From contig JAMLHJ010000005.1 of NCBI GenBank assembly GCA_023957245.1, positions 309 through 64,308 of the forward strand: 64,000 bases of DNA, given 5' to 3'. The translations under genes were made by a program, and so were the position numbers. This document shows positions 20,317 to 28,699 of this stretch, piece after piece. The DNA comes from Chitinophagales bacterium (lineage in GTDB: Bacteria; Bacteroidota; Bacteroidia; Chitinophagales; JADIYW01). The notes below the pieces were generated by a model, which was not told the origin of the DNA, did no database searches, and was given only the letters and a program-made list of their open reading frames with translations. Position 1 is the first letter of the stretch, and every line of letters starts with the position of its first letter.

Positions 20317-20638
20317 GAGGGACAATGGACGATGGACAATGGACGATGGACGATGGACAATGGACAATGGACGATGGACAATGGACGATGGATGATGGAT
20401 GATGGACGATGGACGATGGACGATGGACAATGGACGATGGACAATGGACGATGGACGATGGACGATGGACAATGGACGATGGACAATGGACAATGGACAA
20501 TAGACGATGGACGATGGACAATAGACGATGGACAATGGACGATGGACGATGGACAATGGACGATGGACGATGGACGATGGACGATGGACGATGGACAATG
20601 GACGATGGACGATGGACGATGGATGATGGATGATTTAC
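20317..20638. repeat. heptanucleotide tandem array, 46 units (GATGGAC / AATGGAC)
   Basis: Parsed by hand into 46 consecutive 7-mers, including the degenerate first unit GAGGGAC and last unit GATTTAC, with no phase break. It starts 119 bp upstream of the giant gene's start codon. Confidence 0.97.
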
Positions 20639-20880
20639 GAAGTTAGAAGTTAGAAGTACGAATGAAAAATGCTGGTGGTTGAGTGCTTCGAAACTAACTG
20701 CAAAGGAGAGTGAAAATTAACCACAAAGCACACAAAGTCTCTACACAAAGAACACGAAGTTTAATGAAGTAATATGGAGATATGGAGATTTGGAAATGTG
20801 AAGATGTGAAGATGTGAAGATGTGAAAATACTGGTGGTTGAGTGCTTCGAAGCCAACTGCAAAGGAGGGTGAAAATTAAC
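20639..20880. repeat. two consecutive mosaic repeat modules (STR block + CTGGTGGTTGAGTGCTTCGAA core + AACCACAAAGCACACAAAG...CTACACAAAG tail)
   Basis: The first module is preceded by (AGAAGTT)x2-TACGAAT. The second is preceded by (GTGAAGAT)x3. The cores start at 20672 and 20831. Confidence 0.9.
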
Positions 20881-21138
20881 CACAAAGCACACAAAGGTTC
20901 TACACAAAGTTCACGAAGTGATAGACATAACTACACGTTGCGAATGCACCATGCACCATAGATTCTGATGCTGGGCACCCACTATACGAAGAAAGCGTAA
21001 TTTCTTCAACTGTTTGAGATGGAGTCGAGTTTTGAAGAAATAGCTTTCAAGTATTTAGTGGGTCAGCGAAAAATCCGGTGCTGGTCACTGAGTTTGTCGA
21101 AGTGCTTTTGCATACTTTTTCTTCTAAAGAAAAGTATG
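20881..21138 (+). repeat. repeat element A (~260 bp), copy 1; potentially structured
   Basis: About 90% or more identical by eye to the reverse complement of 33592-33858. It contains a 7-bp closing stem (CCCACTA 20978-20984 / TAGTGGG 21056-21062), a 7-bp hairpin (GAAGAAA-GCGTAA-TTTCTTC, 20988-21007) and a hairpin CATACTTTT...AAAAGTATG. Confidence 0.85.
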
Positions 21139-21149
21139 ATAGGAAAATA

Positions 21150-21315
21150 AAATGTGAAAATGTTGGTGGTTGAGGTTCTCGATTTAACCACAAAGCACAC
21201 AAAGTTATTCCACAAAGAAGCACTGAGTTTCACAAAGAATTTGTGTGGTGAAATGTGAGAGGTGAAATGTAAGATGAAAAATGTGAGATGTGAGATGTGA
21301 GATGTGAGATGAGCA
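21150..21315. repeat. mosaic repeat module with core TTGGTGGTTGAGGTTCTCGATTTAACCAC and (GTGAGAT)x4
   Basis: Core at 21163. The 7-bp GTGAGAT repeat in 4 copies spans 21283-21310. Confidence 0.85.
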
Positions 21316-21339
21316 TCTTTATATTTGATTCAGCAGAAC

Positions 21340-21371
21340 AAAAAAAGGCTACCTTAAATTAGATAGCCTTT
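21340..21371 (-). terminator. rho-independent terminator downstream of the acyl-CoA synthetase pair
   Basis: On the minus strand, AAAGGCTATC-loop-GGTAGCCTTT is followed by a T-run. It lies 25 bp after the stop of the 21397-23157 gene. Confidence 0.7.
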
Positions 21372-21396
21372 CTTAATATTTTGAAAAGTTCAGTAC

Positions 21397-23157
21397 TTAT
21401 TCGCCATAGATTTCTGCAATCTCGCGAGCGTATTTTTCTGTAATTACTTTACGTTTGATTTTCATGGTAGGCGTCAATTCCTTAGTATCTACCGTCCATT
21501 CGTTGGCAAGTAATTTGAATTTTTTGATTTGCTCAATATGGTTGAAATTAGGATTGGTTTCTTTAACAATATCCTCATACAATTTCACAACTTGATCATT
21601 TTTAATAAGTTCCTCATTGTTTTTAAATGACACCCCTTTTTCTTTTGCCCAGTCGTGAAGTGCTTGATAAGCAGGAACAATCAATGCAGAAACAAATTTT
21701 TTACCTTCACCCACGACCATGATTTGCTCGACAAAGAAAGATTCTCTAAATAGACTTTCTATAGGTGCTGGAGCTACATACTTTCCTCCAGAAGTTTTAA
21801 GAAGTTCTTTTTTACGGTCAGTTATTTTCAAAAATTTATTCCCATTAGCTCCTGTGAGGAATGTACCTACGTCACCTGTATGGAACCAATCTCCGCTCAT
21901 GACTTCTGCTGTCTTGTCTGGAGCTTTGTAATAACCCATCATGATATTAGGACCTTTTGCTAAGATTTCTCCATCTTCAGCAATTTTTACTTCTACTCTA
22001 TCAATAGGCATACCTACAGTTCCCAACATAGATCCACCTTCAGTAAATCTATTGAAAGTAACTACTGGAGAAGTTTCTGTCAATCCATAACCTTCTCTGA
22101 TAGGCACTCCTGCTGCTGAGAACACTCTTGCAATCTTCAATGGACATGCAGCAGAACCTGTTACGATACCTACTACTCTTCCACCTAATGCTTCACGCCA
22201 TTTGCTGAAAATCAATTTATCAGCAATCTTCATTTGCAAGCCTGGTTTTTGGTCGTATTGATAATCATCAGTCAATGAAAGTGCCCAGAAAAATAATTTC
22301 TTTTTCAGGCCTTTTAATTCCAATCCTTTATTGACGATTTTCTCATATACTTTCTCCAATAATCTAGGTACAGTAGTAAAGAAATGTGGGCGAACTGTTT
22401 GTAATTTTTCTCCCAATGTATCAATGTCAGAATAATATACATTCACACCATTATAAAGGTAGGTGTAGATAACCATACGTTCAAAGATATGACATAGCGG
22501 CAAAAAGCTTAAAGAGATTTGTCCTGCTTCGATAGGCAATTCTTTAGAAACTGCTAATAGATTGGAGACAATATTCTCATGTGATAACATTACGCCTTTT
22601 GGAAGTCCTGTAGTTCCAGAAGTATAAATAATAGTAGCTAAATCTTTTGCTTGGATTTTTTCTGCTCTTTCTTTGATAAGATTGATATCGCCATTTTCTC
22701 CAGCTTTGATGACTTCTGTCCAATTATTAGCAGAAGCAACTTCTTCCCAAGTATATACATTAGTCAATGTAGCTACTCTATCTTTGGCTGCCATTACCTT
22801 TCTGTATAATCCTTCATCAGAAACGATACAGATTTTGGCTTCAGCATGATTTAAAATATACTCATATTCGCTAGGGCTGATAGTAGGATATAAAGGAACA
22901 TTGATAGCTCCAATTTGGCTGATAGCGATATCGCAGATATTCCATTCTGGTCTGTTTGCAGTAGTTACTACAGCGATTTTGTCTCCTGGTTGGATGCCCA
23001 ATGAAATAAGTCCAAGGCTAAGTTTATTGGATAACTCAATAACTTCAGCCGTGCTGTATTTTACCCATTGTCCATTTTTTATCCCAGCTAAACATACTTC
23101 TTGAGGCTTGTTTTGTGCCTGATACTGGATTACGTCAAATAATCTTGAAACATTCAT
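21397..23157 (-). CDS. long-chain fatty acid--CoA ligase (AMP-dependent synthetase/ligase)
   Basis: 586 aa. AMP-binding motif IIYTSGTTGLPKGVMLSHENI, GYGLTETSP and TGDVG...ITDRKKELLKTSGGKYVAP are typical of FadD-like bacterial ACSL enzymes. Confidence 0.88.
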   Translation of the reverse strand: MNVSRLFDVIQYQAQNKPQEVCLAGIKNGQWVKYSTAEVIELSNKLSLGLISLGIQPGDKIAVVTTANRPEWNICDIAISQIGAINVPLYPTISPSEYEYILNHAEAKICIVSDEGLYRKVMAAKDRVATLTNVYTWEEVASANNWTEVIKAGENGDINLIKERAEKIQAKDLATIIYTSGTTGLPKGVMLSHENIVSNLLAVSKELPIEAGQISLSFLPLCHIFERMVIYTYLYNGVNVYYSDIDTLGEKLQTVRPHFFTTVPRLLEKVYEKIVNKGLELKGLKKKLFFWALSLTDDYQYDQKPGLQMKIADKLIFSKWREALGGRVVGIVTGSAACPLKIARVFSAAGVPIREGYGLTETSPVVTFNRFTEGGSMLGTVGMPIDRVEVKIAEDGEILAKGPNIMMGYYKAPDKTAEVMSGDWFHTGDVGTFLTGANGNKFLKITDRKKELLKTSGGKYVAPAPIESLFRESFFVEQIMVVGEGKKFVSALIVPAYQALHDWAKEKGVSFKNNEELIKNDQVVKLYEDIVKETNPNFNHIEQIKKFKLLANEWTVDTKELTPTMKIKRKVITEKYAREIAEIYGE

Positions 23158-23162
23158 TTGTA

Positions 23163-24935
23163 TTAGATATTTTCTTTGTTGTTGTAAAACGAATTTATGA
23201 TTGATTTGTATTTATTATTAATATACTTTCGCTTGGTTTTCATTGTCGCAGTCAATTCTCCTCCTTCTATAGTCCATTCATTTTCTAGCAAAGCTATTCT
23301 TTTTATTTGTTCTACTTTAGAGAAATGGATATTCATTTGTTGTACAATATTAAAAAAATAATTATTAACTTCCTTTGATTCTATCATTTCCTTTTTAGAA
23401 TATAATGAAAGATGATTTTCTTGACACCATTTTTCTAAAAAGTCAAAATTAGGAACAATTAATGCAGAAACAAATTTTTCGCCATCTCCAACTACTACAA
23501 TTTGCTCAATATAAGGAGATTCTTTCATTTTATTTTCTAAAACAGCAGGTGCAACGTATTTTCCTCCAGAAGTTTTAAAAAGTTCTTTTTTTCTATCTGT
23601 AATGACTAGGTATTGTTCGTCAGTAAAATATCCAATATCTCCTGTTTTCAGCCAGCCATCATCAGTAAATGATGCTTGGGTATTCTCTTTATCTTTATAA
23701 TATCCTTGCATGACATTGGGGGCATTCACTAATATTTCACCATCTTCAGCAAACTTTATATGTACAGATGGTAATGTAACTCCTACAGAACCGGGTCTTA
23801 CTCCATATTTTTTCAATGGATTGACAGTTAACACAGGAGAGGTTTCGGTTAAGCCATAGCCTTCTATCAATGGGATCTGTGCATTGTTAAATATTTGTGC
23901 CATTCTAGCCTGTAAAGGTGCAGAACCACAAATGATAGCTTTGATTTGACCACCTAAGGCTTCTCTCCATTTTTTAAACACCAATTTATCAGCAATTTGC
24001 AATTGGATTTTACTCCAAAGACTTGCACTTCCGTCTATAGGAGTCTTTTCTGCTAAGCGAAGTGCCCAAATAAATATCTTCTTTTTGAAAGGAGGAAGAC
24101 CTCTTGCTTTGCGCAATATTCCTTCATATATTTTTTCTATCAATCGAGGCACAGTGGCAAAATATTGCACTCGAACATCTACTATATTTTGGGCGATTGA
24201 TTCCAGTCCATCAGCAAAATAAATAGGAGAGCAACTGTACATATAAGTATAATTCAATATGCGCTCAAATACATGGCAAAGTGGCAAAAAACTTAAAGCT
24301 TTTTCTTCAAATTGGGTTTGAACTACCTGCACACAATCTTTGACATTGCTCATGATATTATAGTGACTGAGCATGACACCTTTAGGTTGTCCTGTAGTGC
24401 CTGATGTATATATAATAGTGGCAGTATCGGTTTCTTTTATCTCAGATTTTAACTTGTATAACTCATTCAGTTCACTATCTTTCAACAACTCTTTCCAATG
24501 TTTTATTCCTTCAATATTATCAAATGAATAAACGCCTTTTATTTGAGGCAGATTAGAGATGACTGGATTTAATTTTCTGGCTAGCAATCTATCAGAAATA
24601 AAGACATATTGTATTTCGGCATGTTGGAAAATGTATTCATATTCTCCAGCACTAATAGTCGGATAAATGGGGACATTGATAAGGCCTATTTGAAGAGTAG
24701 CTATATCTGTAATATGCCATTCAGGACGATTAGTCGAGGAAATAATTGCAATTTTATCTCCTTTTTTTAGACCCAATTCAAGTAAGCCTACTGACAATTG
24801 ATGGGATAAATCAATGATTTGCTGCGTACTGTATTTTGTCCATGACTTTTTATCTTCCCTTCTTGCAAAAGTATCTTCCAATGCATGCGTACTCAATTGG
24901 TGTTCGAGGATATCAAATATTCGGGAAGAGTTCAA
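23163..24935 (-). CDS. long-chain fatty acid--CoA ligase, tandem paralog
   Basis: 590 aa with the same motif set (IIYTSGTTGQPKGVMLSHYNI, GYGLTETSP, ITDRKKELFKTSGGKYVAP). Only 5 bp separate it from the downstream paralog. Confidence 0.88.
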   Translation of the reverse strand: MNSSRIFDILEHQLSTHALEDTFARREDKKSWTKYSTQQIIDLSHQLSVGLLELGLKKGDKIAIISSTNRPEWHITDIATLQIGLINVPIYPTISAGEYEYIFQHAEIQYVFISDRLLARKLNPVISNLPQIKGVYSFDNIEGIKHWKELLKDSELNELYKLKSEIKETDTATIIYTSGTTGQPKGVMLSHYNIMSNVKDCVQVVQTQFEEKALSFLPLCHVFERILNYTYMYSCSPIYFADGLESIAQNIVDVRVQYFATVPRLIEKIYEGILRKARGLPPFKKKIFIWALRLAEKTPIDGSASLWSKIQLQIADKLVFKKWREALGGQIKAIICGSAPLQARMAQIFNNAQIPLIEGYGLTETSPVLTVNPLKKYGVRPGSVGVTLPSVHIKFAEDGEILVNAPNVMQGYYKDKENTQASFTDDGWLKTGDIGYFTDEQYLVITDRKKELFKTSGGKYVAPAVLENKMKESPYIEQIVVVGDGEKFVSALIVPNFDFLEKWCQENHLSLYSKKEMIESKEVNNYFFNIVQQMNIHFSKVEQIKRIALLENEWTIEGGELTATMKTKRKYINNKYKSIINSFYNNKENI

Positions 24936-24983
24936 GTCTCTATTTATTTATAAGGCTCAATATAAAGAAAAGTTTGCAAAATA

Positions 24984-25161
24984 GATTTATGAGGTATGAT
25001 TTATGAAGTACGAAGTTAGAAGTTAGAAGTACGAATGGAAAATTCTGGTGCTTGAGTGCTTCAAAATTTAACCACAAAGCACACTAAGCTTCTACACAAA
25101 GTTCACGGAGTTTATTGAAGTAATGTGGAGATGTGAAGATGTGAAGATGTGAGATAAAAAT
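24984..25161. repeat. mosaic repeat module (GATTTAT / AGAAGTT STRs, core CTGGTGCTTGAGTGCTTCAAAATTTAACCAC, CACAAAG tail, (GTGAAGAT)x2)
   Basis: Near-identical to the modules at 20632-20760 and 27715-27790, by hand alignment. Confidence 0.85.
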
Positions 25162-25354
25162 GCTGATGATTGAATTTGCCTCGTAGAGGCTACCACTTGG
25201 TAATAATAAATAAATAACCAACTATTGCTCCGTAGGAGCTACCCTAAATAATAATGTCGTCAAATTATACCACAAAGATTCACAAAGAAGAACGAAGTTT
25301 CTCAAAGAATTGCTTTGTGTCTTTTGTGCCTTCTTAGTGTTTTTTGTGTAATAG
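25162..25354 (+). repeat. repeat element B (~190 bp), copy 1
   Basis: Its reverse complement aligns with 33339-33509. Shared strings include GGCAAATTCAATCATCAGC, GGTAGCCTCTACGAGG, GGGTAGCTCCTACGGAGCAATAGTTGG and CAAAGCAATTCTTTGAGAAACTTCGTTCTTCTTTGTGAA. Confidence 0.85.
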
Positions 25355-25490
25355 TTTGATAATGAAGAAATGTGGAAATGTGGAGATGTGGAGATGTGGA
25401 GATGTGGAGATGTAAAAATTAAAAATTACGAGGTACAAAGTACGAATGAAAAATTCTGGAGGTTGAGTGCTTCAACTTTACTTTAAACAA
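25355..25490. repeat. mosaic repeat module: GTGGAAAT + (GTGGAGAT)x4, TACGAGGTACAAAGTACGAAT, core CTGGAGGTTGAGTGCTTCAA
   Basis: 8-bp repeat units span 25372-25411. Core at 25456. Confidence 0.85.
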
Positions 25491-25497
25491 GCAACAC

Positions 25498-26082
25498 TCA
25501 AATCAACTCTATCAAACAATTTTCATTATAATTTTCGAAAAATATTCTTTGATCTTTTAAAGAAGTAAATCTTCCATTTTCTTGTTGTATATCTCCATTT
25601 ATTAGCCATTCATCAATTTTTCCTGTAAGTGCGAACTGTTGGTCTTGCGCAAACCATTTATTCCATTTCACTGGTGGACAAGTCCATTTTTGATGAAGTG
25701 TGATACCGATAAGATATTGTTTTAGTGGTTGTGCAGTATTGAAAAAAATTTTTTTTAACTCCTCCTCATTTAGTCCTATAATATAATTGTGAAGAGGACG
25801 CTGATATAATTCATTCCAAATATCGTTTTCAATATTTTCAGTATTAATCAATTCAATAGGATATAATGATGGTAGAATATTCAGATTTTCTGTTTGATGC
25901 GAATGAAAATATACTTTATCTATCTTTATTTGAAGTGAAATTAACCATTCTGCTGCCAGCAAAGTAGCATTTACGGTAGGACTCCATTCTAAAAGTTGAT
26001 GTATGGTATCCACTTCAAAATGTCTATCTAAAACCCATATTGCAGGTTCTTGGTTTTCCTTGACAAAATGATGTGATGACAT
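25498..26082 (-). CDS. hypothetical protein
   Basis: 194-aa ORF with ATG start. It lies 3 bp downstream of the phosphatase gene on the same strand, so it is probably co-transcribed. No family recognised. Confidence 0.6.
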   Translation of the reverse strand: MSSHHFVKENQEPAIWVLDRHFEVDTIHQLLEWSPTVNATLLAAEWLISLQIKIDKVYFHSHQTENLNILPSLYPIELINTENIENDIWNELYQRPLHNYIIGLNEEELKKIFFNTAQPLKQYLIGITLHQKWTCPPVKWNKWFAQDQQFALTGKIDEWLINGDIQQENGRFTSLKDQRIFFENYNENCLIELI

Positions 26083-26085
26083 TAT

Positions 26086-26541
26086 TTATTGATGTCTGTA
26101 TTTTTCGATGATGATATCACAAGCTTCATCTAACATTTGATAAACTTTCTCAAATCCATTATCATCCCAATAGGGATCGGGTACACTCTTGTTGGCTCCT
26201 GGGTAAACTTCATTAAGAATCATTTTTATTTTTTTCTTTTCTTCTTCTCTCGCCAAACCAAGAATATCTTTATAATTCTGTGTATCCATTGCAAATATGA
26301 GGTCAAATTCCTCATAGTCTATACTTCTCAGTTTTCGAGATTGCTGGTATGTAATGTCAATTCCATGTTTTTGAGCAACTTGTATTGACCTTTTATCTGG
26401 TGGCGCACCATTATGCCAACCACTCGTTCCTGCCGAATCAACTTCCCATTGGAGTTGGTTTTGTTTAATTTTTACTTTTAAGATACCTTCTGCTAATGGA
26501 GATCTGCAAATATTCCCTAAACAAACCATTAAAATTTTCAT
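26086..26541 (-). CDS. low-molecular-weight protein-tyrosine phosphatase
   Basis: 151 aa. The N-terminal P-loop VCLGNICRSPLAEG (CX5R-S) and a downstream DP motif are typical of the LMW-PTP family. Confidence 0.9.
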   Translation of the reverse strand: MKILMVCLGNICRSPLAEGILKVKIKQNQLQWEVDSAGTSGWHNGAPPDKRSIQVAQKHGIDITYQQSRKLRSIDYEEFDLIFAMDTQNYKDILGLAREEEKKKIKMILNEVYPGANKSVPDPYWDDNGFEKVYQMLDEACDIIIEKYRHQ

Positions 26542-26588
26542 GTTAAAATATATTTTTGAAAGGTAATCATCCTTACATTTATTTACAA

Positions 26589-27443
26589 ATGAAAATACGC
26601 TATATCTTTTTTGTTTTCTGCTTCATGATTTGGGATTTTGCTTTTGCTCAAGATACAGTAAGTATTGCCAATCATACTCGTTATGTGATTACTCAATCCT
26701 CAAAAGACACAACTCATCCTAAGAAGGGAGACATTATCAAAATGAAGCTTGCTAAATATACTCAGAGCGGAACTTTGCTTTTTGATACAGAATTGTTGAA
26801 TATGCCTGAAGGTGTAGAGATGTCCATTCAAGATGATTTTGTTCCTGGTGATATTTTAGATGTGTTTCTGAATATGAGCAAGAATGAAAAAGCAACTGCT
26901 TATGTTCCAGTCTGGGTAGCTGATAAGGATACAGTCAATAAACATTCCAATGAAACTTATATTTATCAGATAGAGCTTATAGATTTTATCAGTCCAGAAG
27001 CTTTAAAAATTCGACAAGCAGAATTATTAAAAACATTAAGGATAGAGCAAAAAAATCTTTTTGATAGTATTGCCCACACTTTGGCTCCTTTATATCATAT
27101 TGTATATCAGAAAGATGGACTCTATATTTTGAAAACATCTTCTAAGAAAATTAAGAAAAAACAAAAACTTTCTACTGGTCAAGAAGTCAAAGTACATTAT
27201 GTATTAAAGTTACTTCCAGAGAATAAGGAATTGGATAATTCATATAATAGGAAGCAAGCGTTTTCGCTAAAAGTCAATGTAGGTCAGGTGATAAAAGGTT
27301 GGGATATGGCACTTCTTCAATTAAAGAAAGGTGAAAAATCTATTGTTCTTGTTCCGTCTTGGTTGGCGTATGGGTTTTACGGAAGTGGGCATGAGATTTT
27401 ACCTAATACTCCATTGTTTTTTGAGATAGAAGTATTAAATTGA
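26589..27443 (+). CDS. FKBP-type peptidyl-prolyl cis-trans isomerase, secreted
   Basis: The C-terminal ~95 aa (VKVHYVLKL...GQVIKGWDMALLQLKKGEKSIVLVPSWLAYG...LFFEIEVL) form an FKBP domain. The start is set at the ATG giving signal peptide MKIRYIFFVFCFMIWDFAFAQ. The track ORF starts at an upstream TTG (26556). Confidence 0.85.
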   Translation: MKIRYIFFVFCFMIWDFAFAQDTVSIANHTRYVITQSSKDTTHPKKGDIIKMKLAKYTQSGTLLFDTELLNMPEGVEMSIQDDFVPGDILDVFLNMSKNEKATAYVPVWVADKDTVNKHSNETYIYQIELIDFISPEALKIRQAELLKTLRIEQKNLFDSIAHTLAPLYHIVYQKDGLYILKTSSKKIKKKQKLSTGQEVKVHYVLKLLPENKELDNSYNRKQAFSLKVNVGQVIKGWDMALLQLKKGEKSIVLVPSWLAYGFYGSGHEILPNTPLFFEIEVLN

Positions 27444-27461
27444 TTTCAAATATTTATTATA

Positions 27462-27683
27462 ATGAGAAGATTGCTTTTTGTTTTGATGGCTTCAGTGCTT
27501 TTGATGGCTTGTAAAAAGCAGAAGGTCTGTGTGAAATGTTTTGAATATGATGATATTGATTATGGTCTTACAACATATTGCTTAGGTGATGATTTCACTC
27601 CTACTGAGAAAGAATTTAATCAACTAATTACAGACTTGGAAGGTGAAGGGTATCTAGTAAACTATACTAAAAGATGCAGGTAG
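27462..27683 (+). CDS. small putative lipoprotein (73 aa, Cys-rich)
   Basis: Lipobox-like signal MRRLLFVLMASVLLMAC. Lies 18 bp downstream of the FKBP gene on the same strand. No homology recognised. Confidence 0.5.
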   Translation: MRRLLFVLMASVLLMACKKQKVCVKCFEYDDIDYGLTTYCLGDDFTPTEKEFNQLITDLEGEGYLVNYTKRCR

Positions 27684-27699
27684 AATTAAGTAGTACGAG

Positions 27700-27790
27700 G
27701 GACGAAGTAAGAAGTAAGATTTATGATTTACGAAGTTAGAAGTTAGAAGTACGAATGAAAAATTCTGGTGCTTGAGGTTCTCGAAATTCA
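27700..27790. repeat. mosaic repeat module (GATTTAT/AGAAGTT STRs + core CTGGTGCTTGAGGTTCTCGAA), truncated
   Basis: Same string as at 24984-25060 and 20632-20690. It lacks the CACAAAG tail. Confidence 0.8.
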
Positions 27791-27965
27791 ATAAAATACT
27801 TAACTAAACGGCATTAAATAATGAACCATTAGGCATTAAGATAATTAAGAGGTTTCTACGATGCAGTGTTAAAAATGATGAATACTTATGAATAGTAGCA
27901 AGTGAAAATTTAGATTTTGGTATAGATTTCGTATTATGGTTTTATATTTGAAAAAAACAGATGAA

Positions 27966-28610
27966 ATGATGAGAACTTTACTATTCACCATATTTATACT
28001 TCAATCATTGATTGTGAAAGCACAATATACACCTGTCGATCAAGATACAGATGATTTGAGTTATATGTTTATGAACTTTCAAGCAGGTGTAGAAAGTAAT
28101 AATCCTCAACTGGCTGCACAATTTATGGACAGCAACAGTATGGCGTACATGGAAGAAATTCTTTATGCACTACAAAACTATGACAGCACTCAATTGGTGG
28201 AGCAACGTTTTGGTATCATATTGCCGGTGATGATGTCACGCTTTATGGCTGCAGACGGTCAAATCTCTAAAATGAAAACTGGTCAAGATTATTTTATTTT
28301 TTTTATAAAAAATTCTTTAGCACCTATCTATGCTGACCAAAAAATAGTAGATATTAAAGTAGAAGGGAATAATGCTAGAGTATATACTAGAGCTGATGGT
28401 TCAGAAAATCTCAATACTTTTTATTTTTTCAAAATTGGGGAAGATTGGAAAATTTCTTTAACTAAAGAACTCGAAGAAGTTGAAAAACTACTAGACAAAT
28501 CCAAAGGAATGACTTATTACGGTGGAGATAAGGCACTATTAATGAATAAGATTGCAGAAGGTAATGGTTGGAATGGAATGGGACGAAATTTGTGGAATAT
28601 TCTGCCTTAA
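27966..28610 (+). CDS. hypothetical secreted protein
   Basis: ORF with signal peptide MMRTLLFTIFILQSLIVKAQ when started at 27966. The track start at 27936 adds 10 aa. No family recognised. Confidence 0.6.
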   Translation: MMRTLLFTIFILQSLIVKAQYTPVDQDTDDLSYMFMNFQAGVESNNPQLAAQFMDSNSMAYMEEILYALQNYDSTQLVEQRFGIILPVMMSRFMAADGQISKMKTGQDYFIFFIKNSLAPIYADQKIVDIKVEGNNARVYTRADGSENLNTFYFFKIGEDWKISLTKELEEVEKLLDKSKGMTYYGGDKALLMNKIAEGNGWNGMGRNLWNILP

Positions 28611-28699
28611 AAAATCTATTTTACCTTATCTTTCAAATATTTCACTTATTCATCAAAGGTATTTATTCAAAAAACACTTTTACTCCTAAAATCTACACA

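Noticed and set aside
10182-20638. Possibility that the short-repeat arrays are CRISPR arrays
   Set aside because: The units are contiguous 7-mers with no spacers. The repeat length is far below CRISPR repeats, and no cas genes are present in the window.
20317-20638. Possibility that the G-first/A-first alternation of the heptamers encodes a higher-order period or message
   Set aside because: I wrote out all 46 units. The G/A order shows no obvious super-period by eye. The only recurring pattern is the pair of GATGGAT units found both internally and at the end. A proper autocorrelation was not run.
20222-20646. Six overlapping ORFs (62-113 aa) in all frames across the 46-unit heptamer array
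   Set aside because: Same artefact as above. These mutually overlapping frames on both strands have purely repeat-driven sequence.
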